Below are positions 52,774-63,472 of a stretch of DNA of 64,000 nt, one piece after another. The position numbers and the translations under genes were made by a program. Below the pieces are notes generated by a model. That model saw nothing but the letters and a program-made list of their open reading frames with translations, had not been told where the DNA came from and ran no database searches. Position 1 is the first letter of the stretch, and every line of letters begins with the position of its first letter. This stretch comes from Candidatus Curtissbacteria bacterium RIFCSPHIGHO2_12_FULL_41_17 (GTDB lineage: Bacteria > Patescibacteriota > Microgenomatia > Curtissbacterales > GWA2-41-24), in assembly GCA_001774945.1 (NCBI GenBank), contig MFBL01000015.1, forward strand, positions 529 to 64,528, in the 5' to 3' direction.

Positions 52774-53312
52774 AATTGCTATTTTTAGGAAGTCAGGGAA
52801 GTGGTAAGTCGACGCAGGCGAAATTACTGGCCGGAAAATTGGACTTGCCCTATATTGAAATGGGCCAACTTTTTAGGGATAAGTCTAAATCGCAAAGTCA
52901 GGGTGGTGCCGATATTAAAAGAGCTCTTGACGTGGGTAATCTGGTCCCTGATCATTTGGCGACTAAAACCTTGCATGAGCGTCTTTTGCAACCGGATTGC
53001 AAAAGAGGCTATGTCCTTGACGGCTACCCTCGAAATTACGCTCAACTTGAGGGGTTGGATCAAGATATAGACAGAGTATTTTACATTAAAGTCTCTGACC
53101 AGGAAGCAATTAGAAGATTACTTGCAAGAGCAAGAACCGATGACAATCTCAAAGTACTAACCAGAAGACTGGAAATTTATCATAAAGAGACTGAACCTTT
53201 ACTTGGATATTTCAGAGAAAGGGGGATATTGGAAGAGATAGACGGGGAAAGACCGGTTGAAATGATTGCAAAAGAAATCAGCCAAAAAATTGCCAATGAA
53301 AACTATAGATAA
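52770..53312 (+). CDS. adk: Adenylate kinase (short LID)
   Basis: [16 protein letters not shown]. Confidence 0.95.
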   Translation: MKLLFLGSQGSGKSTQAKLLAGKLDLPYIEMGQLFRDKSKSQSQGGADIKRALDVGNLVPDHLATKTLHERLLQPDCKRGYVLDGYPRNYAQLEGLDQDIDRVFYIKVSDQEAIRRLLARARTDDNLKVLTRRLEIYHKETEPLLGYFRERGILEEIDGERPVEMIAKEISQKIANENYR

Positions 53313-54066
53313 TCGCAAAAGTTTACAAAAAACAAGAAGAGAAATAGAGCTTATGGAAACTTCGGGCAAAATCTGCTCTCTCGTTTTAAAAAAATTAACT
53401 GAGATGGTAAAAGCCGGAGAGTCTTGCAGCAATTTGAATGATATTGCCAGAGCTGAAATGGAAAAAAGAGGAGCTGGTCCTTCATTTATGACTGTTGATG
53501 ACTATAAGTGGACAATTTGTACAACAATAAATGAGGAAGTTGTTCATGGAATCCCTAAAAGACGTCTGCTTAAAGACGGCGATATTTTGGGTATCGATAT
53601 TGGTGTTTTGTACAAGGGGTATCATAGCGATATGGCCGTTTCTCTTTGTGTAGGAAAGATTACAGAAGACAAAAAAAAATTTCTTGACGTAGGCAAAAAA
53701 ACATTAAAGCGCGCAATAGAAAGGGCAAGAATCGGCAATCGTATTGGAGATATATCAGCAACCATTCAGGACGGAATTGAAAGTAATGGCTATTCAGTTG
53801 TTAGAAATTTGACAGGGCACGGAATTGGCAAGAATCTTCATGAGGATCCTGTCATTCCTTGCTTTGGGAAAAGACAAACAGGTCCTAAAATTTTAGAAAA
53901 TATGGTTCTTGCAATAGAAGTAATTTACACCCAAGGATCAGGTGAGGTAAAGCTTGAGCAAGACGGATGGACGATTACTACAAGCGACGGGTCGCTGGGA
54001 GGACTTTTTGAACAAACAGTCGTAATCTCAAAAGATGGCCCTATAGTATTGACACCTTATTTATGA
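53296..54066 (+). CDS. map: Methionine aminopeptidase type I
   Basis: NEEVVHGIP, GHGIG..LHEDP. Confidence 0.96.
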   Translation: MKTIDNRKSLQKTRREIELMETSGKICSLVLKKLTEMVKAGESCSNLNDIARAEMEKRGAGPSFMTVDDYKWTICTTINEEVVHGIPKRRLLKDGDILGIDIGVLYKGYHSDMAVSLCVGKITEDKKKFLDVGKKTLKRAIERARIGNRIGDISATIQDGIESNGYSVVRNLTGHGIGKNLHEDPVIPCFGKRQTGPKILENMVLAIEVIYTQGSGEVKLEQDGWTITTSDGSLGGLFEQTVVISKDGPIVLTPYL

Positions 54067-54102
54067 AACTGGTAAAATTTAAATTTAATATAATTTTTTA
54101 AC

Positions 54103-54345
54103 ATGGCAAAACCAGGTATTATTGAAATTGAAGGTGAGGTAACCGAAGCTTTGCCCAACACGATGTTTAGGGTGATGGTAAAAACTGGACAAATTCCATC
54201 TGTCACCGAGGACAAAATTGTTTTATGTCATCTTTCCGGGAAAATGAGAATTCATTATGTGCGTATTTTACCGGGAGATAAAGTAAAACTGGAGATAACT
54301 CCCTATGATTTAACAAAAGGAAGGATAATTTTTAGATACAGATGA
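54103..54345 (+). CDS. infA: Initiation factor IF-1
   Basis: [24 protein letters not shown]. Confidence 0.97.
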   Translation: MAKPGIIEIEGEVTEALPNTMFRVMVKTGQIPSVTEDKIVLCHLSGKMRIHYVRILPGDKVKLEITPYDLTKGRIIFRYR

Positions 54346-54455
54346 AAGTACAAGCAAGTATTAAAAAAAGATGTATTAGTTGCAAAATCGTAAAACGCAA
54401 GGGAAGACTTTACGTAATTTGTCCAAACCCGCGTCATAAGCAACGTCAAGGATAA
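54342..54455 (+). CDS. rpmJ: 50S protein L36 (absent from ORF track)
   Basis: [37 protein letters not shown]. Confidence 0.96.
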   Translation: MKVQASIKKRCISCKIVKRKGRLYVICPNPRHKQRQG

Positions 54456-54460
54456 TTAAG

Positions 54461-54868
54461 ATGACGAGAATTTCAGGGATAGATTTACCAAACGACAAAA
54501 GAATCGAAGCGGCCTTACCGTATATTTATGGAATAGGTCCGACCTTGACAAAACAGATACTTGCTGTCTGTCAAATTGATCCCAATACTAGAACAAAAAA
54601 TTTGAAAGAAGAGGAAATCGCAAAACTTCAAAAAGAAATTGAAAAGTACAAAATTGAGGGAGATTTAAGAAGAGAGATACAAAGCAGCATTAAAAGACTG
54701 CAAGAAATTGGTTCATATAGAGGAATAAGACATAGTAAAAATTTACCAGTAAGAGGTCAAAGAACCCGGGTAAATGCAAGAACAAAAAGGGGTAAAAGAG
54801 TGACTATTGGTACTGTTAGGAAGGAAGTTGCAGTCCGTATGGAAAAGACAACGCAACAAGGTAAATAA
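54461..54868 (+). CDS. rpsM: 30S protein S13
   Basis: [20 protein letters not shown]. Confidence 0.98.
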   Translation: MTRISGIDLPNDKRIEAALPYIYGIGPTLTKQILAVCQIDPNTRTKNLKEEEIAKLQKEIEKYKIEGDLRREIQSSIKRLQEIGSYRGIRHSKNLPVRGQRTRVNARTKRGKRVTIGTVRKEVAVRMEKTTQQGK

Positions 54869-54871
54869 TAT

Positions 54872-55261
54872 ATGGCAAAAGAACCAAAAGAATCAAAAAA
54901 AATAATTGCTAAAAATATAAGCCATGCAAAGGCTTATGTGACAGCCACTTTTAATAATACCATCATCACTCTTACCGATCAGAATGGTCAAACACTAGTA
55001 TGGGGTTCTGCAGGTGCCTCCGGCTTCAAGGGTGCGAGAAAGTCTACACCATATGCTGCCACAACAGCTGTTGAAGATGTAGCTAAAAAAGCTAGAGAAC
55101 TTGGTATAAGAAGTGTCGAAATTTTTGTAAAAGGACCGGGACCGGGGAGGGATGGAGCAATCAGAGCATTTAAATCGCAAGGATTAAATATAACTATGAT
55201 TGCTGATGTTACTCCCATTCCGCACAACGGACCGCGTCCATCAAAAAGGAGAAGAGTTTAA
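54872..55261 (+). CDS. rpsK: 30S protein S11
   Basis: [22 protein letters not shown]. Confidence 0.98.
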   Translation: MAKEPKESKKIIAKNISHAKAYVTATFNNTIITLTDQNGQTLVWGSAGASGFKGARKSTPYAATTAVEDVAKKARELGIRSVEIFVKGPGPGRDGAIRAFKSQGLNITMIADVTPIPHNGPRPSKRRRV

Positions 55262-55265
55262 GAAA

Positions 55266-55874
55266 ATGGCTAGATATACTGGACCAAAACATCGACTATG
55301 TAGGGCAGAAGGTGTTGCTTTATGTGGACAAGCCAAGTGCCCGGTGATAAAAAGAAATGCAGCACCTCCTGGGCAACATGGAGGCAGAATTCGTAAAAAA
55401 TCCTCTGAATTTGCGATCCAGCTGCGAGAAAAACAAAAAGTCAAAAGAATTTACCAAGTACTTGAGAGACAATTTAAAAGGTATTTTGAAATTGCTTCAA
55501 GGAAAAAAACTACAACCGGTCAAGCACTCCTGGCTCTTTTGGAAACGCGCCTTGACAACGTTGTTTACAGACTTAATTTGGCAAAAACCAGGTATCAGGC
55601 AAGACAGCTTGTATCTCATGGTCACGTAAAAGTGAATGACAGAAGAGTGACTATTCCTTCATACAATGTTAAAATCGGCGATGTAATATCTCTTTCTACA
55701 AAAGCCGCAAATTTTGATTTTATTAAAAAACTGTCTGAGGAAACTAAAGATTTAAAAATACCGTCATGGCTTACAAAAAAGGCTATAGTAGGAAAAGTTG
55801 TTTCAGAACCTGAAAGAGAAGATATTGATGCGCAAGTAGATGAAACGCTTATAGTTGAATATTATTCTCGATAG
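55266..55874 (+). CDS. rpsD: 30S protein S4
   Basis: MARYTGP, LETRLDNVVYR, IVEYYSR. Confidence 0.98.
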   Translation: MARYTGPKHRLCRAEGVALCGQAKCPVIKRNAAPPGQHGGRIRKKSSEFAIQLREKQKVKRIYQVLERQFKRYFEIASRKKTTTGQALLALLETRLDNVVYRLNLAKTRYQARQLVSHGHVKVNDRRVTIPSYNVKIGDVISLSTKAANFDFIKKLSEETKDLKIPSWLTKKAIVGKVVSEPEREDIDAQVDETLIVEYYSR

Positions 55875-55927
55875 AGAACAAGATGCTAGTCAGCTTATTC
55901 AAGATAAAAGTTAAGGAGGTGAATTAA

Positions 55928-56848
55928 ATGTTGGACTTATCACAAATAGAAGTAGTTACAGAAAAAGAAACCACAGAATTTGGAAAATTTATAATCGAGC
56001 CGCTGGATCAAGGTTATGGTCACACTATCGGGAATTCGCTTCGTCGAGTACTTTTAAGTTCTCTTGCTGGGGCGGCAATAACTCAAGTAAAAATTTCACA
56101 GGCTAAGCATCAATTTTCATCTTTGCCTGGGATGACAGAGGATGTTGTCGAATTTATATTAAACTTAAAAAAAGTTAAACTCAAAATCTCAGGAGAGAAA
56201 CCAGTTAAATTAACCTTAGACTTAAGGGGGCCTAAAGAAGTTAAAGCCAAAGATATCGAAAAGGCTGCTGGGGTGGAAATTACAAATGGGGATTTAGTTT
56301 TAGCCCACCTTTCTGATTCAAAAGCAAGATTGACCGTCCAAATGGTTGCGGAAAATGGCAGAGGATACTCACTTGCCACAGAGAGGGCCGCAGCCGAAAT
56401 TGGAGTAATTCCAATTGATGCGAATTTCTCCCCAATTTCCAGTGTTAATTATAGCGTGGATTCTACCCGTGTTGGTCGAATAACCAATTATGATAAATTG
56501 ACAATCGAATTAAAAACCGACGGCACAATTAAACCATCAGAGGCTTTAAAACAGGCTTCAAAAATATTGCAAGATCTCTTTATGATAATTTATCAACCAC
56601 CGGCAAGTACAAAGAAAACAAAGCATGAAGAAACAGTTGCTTTAACTTCTGAAGTATTGAATACATCACTGGAGGAACTGGATTTACCAGTAAGACTTAC
56701 CAACAGTCTTAAAGCAGGTAAAGTAGAAACAATTGGAGATTTTTTAACTAAAGACAGAAAAGAGCTTACCAAAATGAAGAATGTCGGACCTAAATCAATC
56801 GAGCTAGTTGAAGAGAAACTGAGAGAAAGAAGTATTGAGAAAAAGTGA
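55928..56848 (+). CDS. rpoA: RNA polymerase alpha
   Basis: EPLDQGYGHTIGNSLRRVLLSS. Confidence 0.98.
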   Translation: MLDLSQIEVVTEKETTEFGKFIIEPLDQGYGHTIGNSLRRVLLSSLAGAAITQVKISQAKHQFSSLPGMTEDVVEFILNLKKVKLKISGEKPVKLTLDLRGPKEVKAKDIEKAAGVEITNGDLVLAHLSDSKARLTVQMVAENGRGYSLATERAAAEIGVIPIDANFSPISSVNYSVDSTRVGRITNYDKLTIELKTDGTIKPSEALKQASKILQDLFMIIYQPPASTKKTKHEETVALTSEVLNTSLEELDLPVRLTNSLKAGKVETIGDFLTKDRKELTKMKNVGPKSIELVEEKLRERSIEKK

Positions 56849-57306
56849 GACATTTGGTATTCGGTAAAAGACTCTCAAGAGATACTGCAAGCAGAAAGGC
56901 TCTACTTGCAAATCTGGCAAATTCGCTAATTGAAGAAGGCAGGGTGACTACTACCCTTGCTAAGGCGAAGTTTGCAAGACCGTTTGTGGAAAAATTGGTA
57001 ACTTATATTAAAAGCAATAAGTTATATAAAAAAAGAGAGCTGGCAGCTTTTTTAACTAAAAAAGCTTTTAGAAGGCTGCTTTTGGATATTACTCCAAAAT
57101 TAAATGATAGAACTAGTGGTTACACCAGAATTATTAAATTAGGTCCCAGAAGGGGCGACTCTGCCCCGATGGCTAGAATTGAATTTCTTAACTGGGAGAA
57201 ATCGAAAGCTTCACAAACTACACCTTCAAAAAAGAAAAATGGAAGACGTGTTAAAAATTTAAAAATTAATACAAAAAATAAGGAAGGGAACAAAGATGAA
57301 AAATGA
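56845..57306 (+). CDS. rplQ: 50S protein L17
   Basis: MRH, TTLAKAK, GYTRIIK..RRGDSA. Confidence 0.97.
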   Translation: MRHLVFGKRLSRDTASRKALLANLANSLIEEGRVTTTLAKAKFARPFVEKLVTYIKSNKLYKKRELAAFLTKKAFRRLLLDITPKLNDRTSGYTRIIKLGPRRGDSAPMARIEFLNWEKSKASQTTPSKKKNGRRVKNLKINTKNKEGNKDEK

Positions 57307-57754
57307 CCAAATAAATAGAAACTGGCATCTTATCGATGCAAAAAGAAAAGTTTTGGGAAGACTTGCCAGTGAAGCCGCTTATCTTTTAATGGGCAAAAAT
57401 AAATCATCATATGTGCCATATCTTGATTCTGGAGATTATGTAGTGGTCATAAATGCCAAAGATGTTGTTCTGTCTGGAAAAAAAGAATTTCATAAAAAAT
57501 ACTATCATCATTCGCATTTTCCCGGAGGATTAAAAATAAAGACTGCCGCACAAATTAGGGAAGAAAATCCCCAAAAATTAATAAGAAATGCCATTACCGG
57601 AATGATGCCAAAAACAAAACTTGGCAAAATGATGCTTAAAAAACTTTTTGTCTATTCAGATAATAATTATCCTTATGCGAGCAAGTTTATAGCCACTGTC
57701 AGCACTACGCCTCAGCAACTAAAACATACCAGCTTGAAAGTTGCCAGAAAATGA
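57296..57754 (+). CDS. rplM: 50S protein L13
   Basis: WHLIDA, LGRLAS, GDYVVVINA. Confidence 0.97.
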   Translation: MKNDQINRNWHLIDAKRKVLGRLASEAAYLLMGKNKSSYVPYLDSGDYVVVINAKDVVLSGKKEFHKKYYHHSHFPGGLKIKTAAQIREENPQKLIRNAITGMMPKTKLGKMMLKKLFVYSDNNYPYASKFIATVSTTPQQLKHTSLKVARK

Positions 57755-58161
57755 AAAAGGAAAATCAAAAATCGGAGATTATTTCGGCGCATGGGCGCAG
57801 AAAAGAAGCCGTGGCCAGAGTAATGCTTTATAAGGGAGATGGGCAAATTTTGGTAAATGGACAGGCAATTAATCAATATTTCCCAAGTAAAGTTGCCAAG
57901 AGTTTATGGCAAAAGCCTTTTGTTCTGACAAAATCCCAAAATGATTACTGGGCAACCATTAAAGTTTCAGGTTCTGGAAAGAGCGGGCAACTGCTAGCGG
58001 TGGTTCATGGTTTGTCGCGGGCATTATCTAAAGCTAACTTGGAATTTAGACCGATTCTTAAAAGAGCTGGACTTTTAACAAGAGATCCCCGGGTTAAGGA
58101 AAGACGTAAATACGGCCTTGCCCAGAAGGCTAGAAAAGGTAAGCAATCACCTAGGAGGTGA
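57751..58161 (+). CDS. rpsI: 30S protein S9
   Basis: GRRKEAVARV, LLTRDPRVKERRKYG. Confidence 0.98.
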   Translation: MKKENQKSEIISAHGRRKEAVARVMLYKGDGQILVNGQAINQYFPSKVAKSLWQKPFVLTKSQNDYWATIKVSGSGKSGQLLAVVHGLSRALSKANLEFRPILKRAGLLTRDPRVKERRKYGLAQKARKGKQSPRR

Positions 58162-58201
58162 TTGCCCTGAGTCTATCGAAGGGCAGTCGCCCAGGCGGTA
58201 G
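58162..58201 (+). repeat. REP-like hairpin plus recoded duplicate of rpsI 3' end (QSPRR*)
   Basis: CCCTGAGTCTATCGAAGGG then CAG TCG CCC AGG CGG TAG vs native CAA TCA CCT AGG AGG TGA. Confidence 0.85.
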
Positions 58202-58258
58202 CAAGTCCTCCCAAATTCGCACCTCGAACCGTGTACGAATAGTACTGAAATTTTCCTA

Positions 58259-58432
58259 TTATTGTTGAGGTTCCGATGGCGGCGTTTGGTTTTGGCTATT
58301 AGCCGGATTTTGAGGATTCATAAATTGGCCATCACCAGATTGCGTTGGTTGATTAGCTGATTCGCTAGGTGATGTTGGCGGCGGTTGCTCTTTTTTCCCA
58401 AAAAGATTTTTGACAAGATCCAGAAAACCCAT
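58259..58432 (-). CDS. 57-aa Pro/Gln-rich small protein (absent from ORF track)
   Basis: MGFLDLVKNLFGKKEQPPP...PQQ*; amphipathic start, downstream of tRNA on same strand. Confidence 0.6.
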   Translation of the reverse strand: MGFLDLVKNLFGKKEQPPPTSPSESANQPTQSGDGQFMNPQNPANSQNQTPPSEPQQ

Positions 58433-58480
58433 TTATTATATCTAAACCTTTTTATTCCCCGTTGTCAAATTTTTATTTTG

Positions 58481-58554
58481 TCGGGGTGGCCGGACTTGAA
58501 CCGGCGACTTCCAGACCCCCAGCCTGGCGTTCTAGCCAACTGAACTACACCCCG
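58481..58554 (-). tRNA. tRNA-Pro(GGG), CCA not encoded
   Basis: CGGGGTG acceptor, anticodon arm CCAGG-CTGGGGG-TCTGG, GGTTCAAGTCC T-arm. Confidence 0.93.
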
Positions 58555-58616
58555 TAAGTATTCGGTAATACATCAGACAAAGTGCTGATATACTCCGTTC
58601 GTCGAAATAAGCAAAG

Positions 58617-58647
58617 CTTGCGATCCTCGACTTCGTCCACGGGTCTA
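58617..58647 (+). repeat. Family A hairpin element
   Basis: CTTGC GATCC TC GAC TTC GTC CAC GGGTC TA, preceded by AAATAAGCAAAG like the 25966 copy. Confidence 0.7.
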
Positions 58648-58835
58648 GGACTTCGCTTTAACGTTAACATACCATTTGGTACACGACTTTTTCGCTTAGT
58701 CATTCCTCCTCTTCAAATGCTAAAGCATTTGATTATAACTCCACAGAAAATTCTTGAATATTTTATCACCTCTTGTAATTTTGGCAAATCTGTAGTAAAA
58801 CTAGTCGTGAAAATAACTGCTTTAAACAAAGTTTG

Positions 58836-59909
58836 ATGAGTACCTCCGACGCCAAAAAACAAGCAATTTTAACTGCAATTTCCCAGATAGAAAAAGCCTA
58901 CGGCAAAGGGGCCATCATGAAAATGGGGGAAGCGGTTGGTAAACTGGAGGCAGAAATTATTTCCACCGGATCTATTCCTGTAGATTTAGCTCTTGGAATC
59001 GGCGGTTTTCCAAGAGGAAGAATTATTGAAATATTCGGACCGGAAGCGTCAGGTAAAACTACACTGGCACTAGCAGTAATTGCCCAAGCCCAAAAAAATG
59101 GAGGATCGGCGGCACTTATTGATGTTGAGCATGCTCTTGACCCGTCTTGGGCTCAAACTGTTGGTGTTAATCTGGATGATTTACTAATTTCCCAGCCGGA
59201 TACCGGAGAACAAGCTTTAGAAATAACAGAGACATTGATTCGATCCGGTGCAATTGATGTAATAGTTGTTGATTCTGTTGCAGCTTTAGTACCCCGGGCA
59301 GAAATAGAAGGAGAGATGGGAGATTCCATTATGGGGGTTCAGGCAAGATTAATGTCGCAGGCCTTAAGAAAACTAACTGGTGCGATTTCAAAATCAAAAA
59401 CTGCGGCCGTTTTTACAAATCAATTACGGGAGAAAATTGGCGTGATGTTCGGCAATCCGGAAGTAACCCCCGGAGGCAGAGCGCTTAAATTTTACTCCTC
59501 AATCAGGTTGGATGTCAGAAAAATTGAAAATATTAAAGAAGGAGAAAAAGTAATTGGAACAAGACATAGGGTTAAGGTAGTTAAAAATAAATTAGCGCCG
59601 CCATTTCGGGTAGCCGAATTTGACATTATGTCAGATGAAGGGATTTCCAAAGAAGGCGGAATTTTGGATGTAGCATTGGAGCTTGGTTTAGTAACAAAGT
59701 CAGGGGCATTTTTTAGATGGAGTACAAAACTAATCGGTCAAGGTAGGGAAAGTGCCAAAGCCTACTTCAATGAACATAAAAAGGATTATACTGCTCTTGA
59801 AAAAGAAATTTGGAACAAAGTAAAAAAAGGAATTCCACAAAAGTCCAAAAAAGTTACTGATTCAGAAAGCGAAAGCGACGAAATCTTAGAAGAAATAGCT
59901 GTTGCTTAA
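58836..59909 (+). CDS. recA: Recombinase A
   Basis: [30 protein letters not shown]. Confidence 0.99.
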   Translation: MSTSDAKKQAILTAISQIEKAYGKGAIMKMGEAVGKLEAEIISTGSIPVDLALGIGGFPRGRIIEIFGPEASGKTTLALAVIAQAQKNGGSAALIDVEHALDPSWAQTVGVNLDDLLISQPDTGEQALEITETLIRSGAIDVIVVDSVAALVPRAEIEGEMGDSIMGVQARLMSQALRKLTGAISKSKTAAVFTNQLREKIGVMFGNPEVTPGGRALKFYSSIRLDVRKIENIKEGEKVIGTRHRVKVVKNKLAPPFRVAEFDIMSDEGISKEGGILDVALELGLVTKSGAFFRWSTKLIGQGRESAKAYFNEHKKDYTALEKEIWNKVKKGIPQKSKKVTDSESESDEILEEIAVA

Positions 59910-60566
59910 GTGCCCCTTATTACTTCGATAGAACCCCAGAAAAAGAAAGTTAACCGCTTCAATATTTATTTGGATGGGGTTTTTGGTATTGGAATTGATG
60001 CCGAAATTCTTCTAAAAAACAATTTAAAAGTTGGCCAGAACTTATCAGAAAAACAGATAAGTGAATTAATCTCAAAAGAAGAATTATCAAAACTTACGGA
60101 TAAAACTCTGCATTTTTTATCTTTTAGGCCGCGTAGTGAAAGAGAAACATTCCAGTATTTATCTAAAAAAATCGCAAAATCTCAAAATATCACTTTTAGG
60201 CAAGCACAGGAAAGCCATATCGTTAAAAGTATTGTTGAAAAACTAAAAAAATATAATTATTTAGATGATAGTGAATTTGCAAAATGGTGGGTGCACTCTC
60301 GAATAAGATCAAATCCTAAGGGAACCATCGTCCTTAAAAGAGAACTAATAAATAGGGGAATCACAAAAGAAATCATAGATCTTGTTTTGTCAAAATATCA
60401 AAATCAAACTGCAATTGCCCAAAAAGCCCTTCAAAAGAAATTAAAATCGTGGAAAAATCTTTCTGAGCAAGATTTTAAAAAAAAGGTCTATTCTTATCTT
60501 ATAACTCGCGGTTTCGACTTTGAAACAATTAAAGAAGTGTTTGCAAATTTTGCAAAAAAGCGATAA
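59910..60566 (+). CDS. recX: RecX
   Basis: LSFRPRSERE, YLDD.EFA, LITRGF; follows recA. Confidence 0.9.
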   Translation: MPLITSIEPQKKKVNRFNIYLDGVFGIGIDAEILLKNNLKVGQNLSEKQISELISKEELSKLTDKTLHFLSFRPRSERETFQYLSKKIAKSQNITFRQAQESHIVKSIVEKLKKYNYLDDSEFAKWWVHSRIRSNPKGTIVLKRELINRGITKEIIDLVLSKYQNQTAIAQKALQKKLKSWKNLSEQDFKKKVYSYLITRGFDFETIKEVFANFAKKR

Positions 60567-60710
60567 AATTGTTTCTTGAAAGTAGCCAAATAGAGGGTTG
60601 TTTACTTAAAGTGTTATGGAGTATTTTGCAAACTCTTGCTTCTTAAAACTTAACAAATAACCGCTTGCCAAAACGGCAAGCCTTCTTTTGGCACACTTTC
60701 CACAATATAA

Positions 60711-62171
60711 ATGGCTAATTTTGACAAATCACCTAAAAAAGTTGTTGTGTCCGTGGGCGGGCAGGCTCATACAGATGATGTTAGATCAACAGCCAGAGAA
60801 ATCATTCAGGATGCCAGAGATGAAGCTTTTAGGATTAAAAAGTCTGCAGAGGAAGAAACAAGAAAAATTCGCCAAGAGTCTCTTGATATTGAGAAAAGAA
60901 TCGTCCAAAAAGCAGAACTTTTAGAATCAAGACTTTCGCAGGTAGAAAAGTCTGAAAAAGATACAGGATCTTTAAGAGAAGCGCTCACAAGACAAGAACA
61001 AGAACTTTCTAAGATCAGATCAGAGTTAATCAGTAAACTTGAAAAAATCACCTCCCTAACGGCCGAAGAAGCCAAAAAAATCATTCTGGAAAACCTCGAG
61101 GAACAGCTTAAAAATGAGATTGCTAAAAAAATTAAGGAAGCGGAAGAAAAAGTTAGGGTACAGAAAGATATTAAATCACGGGAAATATTAGTTAACGCCA
61201 TGGCAGCCGGTGCTACTGACTGGGTCGCCGAATATACAGTTTCTACAATCAAATTAGAGTCAGATGAAATTAAAGGCAGAATTATTGGTAAGGAAGGAAG
61301 AAACATTCGTGCCTTTGAACTGGCAACCGGGGTTGACGTTGAACTGGACAGTGACACGCCTAATGAAGTAAGGCTTTCATCCTTTGATTCTGTAAGGCGT
61401 GAGATTGCCAGAATTGCTTTGGAGGATTTAGTTAAAGATGCCAGAATTCAGCCGACCAGAATCGAACAGTTGGTAGAAAAAGCAAAGAACCAGGTTGCTT
61501 TGGACATGTCCGAAACCGGCAGACGTGCGGCTTATTCCTTGGGATTATACAACCTGCCGCAGGAGGCGATGGATGCCTTAGGAAGGTTAAAGTTTAGGTA
61601 TTCTTATGGACAAAACCAGCTGATTGCTGCCATCGAAACAGGAAAAATTGCCAAGAAAATAGCTCAAGAGATTGGAGCCAACGACGTAGTTTGTGCTACC
61701 GGAGGCCTTTTTCATGATATTGGTAAAACCCAAATTGAAAAAGAAGGGACTCACGTACAACTTGGTGTAGAACTGGCTAAAAAATGGAATTTCCCCAAAG
61801 AAGTCGTAAACTGTATTGCCCAGCACCATGAGGATGAACCATTCACCTCGCAAGAATCAGTAATAGTTCACGTCGCAGATGCTGTTTCAGGTGCAAGACC
61901 AGGTGCAAGACATGAACCGGTTGAAGATTACGTTAAAAGATTAACAGACATTGAGAAAATTGCTAATAGTTTTAGCGGTGTTGATAAGGCATTTGCTATT
62001 CAAGCGGGACGGGAAATTCGGGTCATAGTTAACCCAAGTGCGGTAGATGATGCCGGTATAGTTAAACTCTCACACGATATCAGCTCGCGCCTGGAAAAGG
62101 AGCTGACCTACCCCGGCCAGATTACCGTAACGGTTATTAGAGAAACTAGGGCAGTTGATATTGCCAAATAA
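60711..62171 (+). CDS. rny: Ribonuclease Y
   Basis: KGRIIGKEGRNIR (KH), HDIGK, ADAVSGARPGAR. Confidence 0.96.
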   Translation: MANFDKSPKKVVVSVGGQAHTDDVRSTAREIIQDARDEAFRIKKSAEEETRKIRQESLDIEKRIVQKAELLESRLSQVEKSEKDTGSLREALTRQEQELSKIRSELISKLEKITSLTAEEAKKIILENLEEQLKNEIAKKIKEAEEKVRVQKDIKSREILVNAMAAGATDWVAEYTVSTIKLESDEIKGRIIGKEGRNIRAFELATGVDVELDSDTPNEVRLSSFDSVRREIARIALEDLVKDARIQPTRIEQLVEKAKNQVALDMSETGRRAAYSLGLYNLPQEAMDALGRLKFRYSYGQNQLIAAIETGKIAKKIAQEIGANDVVCATGGLFHDIGKTQIEKEGTHVQLGVELAKKWNFPKEVVNCIAQHHEDEPFTSQESVIVHVADAVSGARPGARHEPVEDYVKRLTDIEKIANSFSGVDKAFAIQAGREIRVIVNPSAVDDAGIVKLSHDISSRLEKELTYPGQITVTVIRETRAVDIAK

Positions 62172-62246
62172 AGTTTGGGTTCCACACCCAACTTCATCCT
62201 GAGCAAACAAAGTGAGTCGAAGGATTTCGCATAGATTAATTCGCAT

Positions 62247-62275
62247 TTGACCAATTGAGTTGTATTGGATATAAT
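62247..62275 (+). promoter_or_regulatory. Sigma70 promoter for HU
   Basis: TTGACC-17 bp-TATAAT. Confidence 0.7.
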
Positions 62276-62303
62276 CCATTTCGTCGGAATACTTTAGAAA
62301 TCA

Positions 62304-62576
62304 ATGACCAAAAACGAACTAGTTGAAAGGGTAGCCAAAAAAGTCGGGCTTACCAAAAAGGCAGCATTTGAAACTGTCAATGCAGTTTTTGGAAATATTC
62401 GCGATGCATTGGCCAAAGGTGATAAGGTAGTAGTTTCAGGTTTCGGGACATTTAAAATTAGACAAAGAGCAACCCGTACCGGCAGAAATCCTCAAACAGG
62501 TTCCTCAATTAAAATAGCCGGGCATAAACTTCCCGGTTTCACCGCAGGCAAAGCCCTCAAAAGATTTATTAAATAA
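62304..62576 (+). CDS. hup: DNA-binding protein HU
   Basis: MTKNEL, GFGTF, GRNPQTG. Confidence 0.96.
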   Translation: MTKNELVERVAKKVGLTKKAAFETVNAVFGNIRDALAKGDKVVVSGFGTFKIRQRATRTGRNPQTGSSIKIAGHKLPGFTAGKALKRFIK

Positions 62577-62592
62577 TGGAGAAAAGTGACAA

Positions 62593-62892
62593 TTAGCGGC
62601 TTTTCTTCCTAACTCGCCCCGCAAGAATCCTAAGTCCGGTTGCCGAATAGGCAACATCTAAATTTTCGGCAGACACTTCTTGATTTTCAGAACTATTGCT
62701 CACAGCACTCTGGGAAATATTGTCACTGACCAGTATTGGGCCTAAGATGTCCTCATCAGAAACGTCAACAACCGTTCCAGTTGCCTCGGTTGCTCGACGC
62801 AGAGAGTCGAGAGTCGATGCGATATACTCGTCAGAGCTGGTGGTAACTTCCGATTTTCCCGGAAGTATTTCTTTCTCTTTCTGCTCAGGCAT
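62593..62892 (-). CDS. Hypothetical protein
   Basis: 99 aa ORF, ATG start. Confidence 0.55.
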   Translation of the reverse strand: MPEQKEKEILPGKSEVTTSSDEYIASTLDSLRRATEATGTVVDVSDEDILGPILVSDNISQSAVSNSSENQEVSAENLDVAYSATGLRILAGRVRKKSR

Positions 62893-62988
62893 AAAAAAGG
62901 CCCTTTCAGGTGTCTAGAATATACTTCTTTTATGGGTAAAAGTCAACCGAGTCTGACTCGGTTAAGGAAAGTTACAATCGGGGTCAAT

Positions 62989-63396
62989 TTAATCTATTTC
63001 AAGTCTTATTCTTACAATTTGGCCAATAGATTGCAAAATCGTCGCAAACCTATTAAAAGGCGTATCAAATTTTCCAAGGTCCAAATCACCATCTACATAT
63101 TTTGGATATCTTAAAGAAGCGACTATTGCTTGTTTTGATATTGACTCAACTACATGCTGGTCAGCAACACTTTTAGCTTCCCGCAAGCATTCCAAAGCCG
63201 CTGTCATGTGAGGAAAACTTTGCTTCAGTCTGGCAAGGCCGGCAAGAACAATAGCTTCTTCGACTGCCAATTCCAAACTTGCTTCAATTTTATCTGGATC
63301 TGTTCGCCAGTTTTTCGGCTGTTGAATCTGATCAAGCTGATTAATTATCAGACGATGAGCGCACTCTAGCCTCCCTACCTGTGCCTCTTTACTCAT
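62989..63396 (-). CDS. Hypothetical protein
   Basis: 135 aa ORF, ATG start. Confidence 0.6.
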   Translation of the reverse strand: MSKEAQVGRLECAHRLIINQLDQIQQPKNWRTDPDKIEASLELAVEEAIVLAGLARLKQSFPHMTAALECLREAKSVADQHVVESISKQAIVASLRYPKYVDGDLDLGKFDTPFNRFATILQSIGQIVRIRLEID

Positions 63397-63472
63397 AGAC
63401 CGATAGTTTATATAAATACTAAAAATAAATCAAATCAGTACACTTCCAATTTAGTCGTGATAAGATATTTTT

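Noticed and set aside
58546..58704. Minus-strand ORF MTKRKSRVPNG... with GAGGAGG
   Set aside because: SD abuts the ATG, ORF runs through a family A element and into the tRNA.
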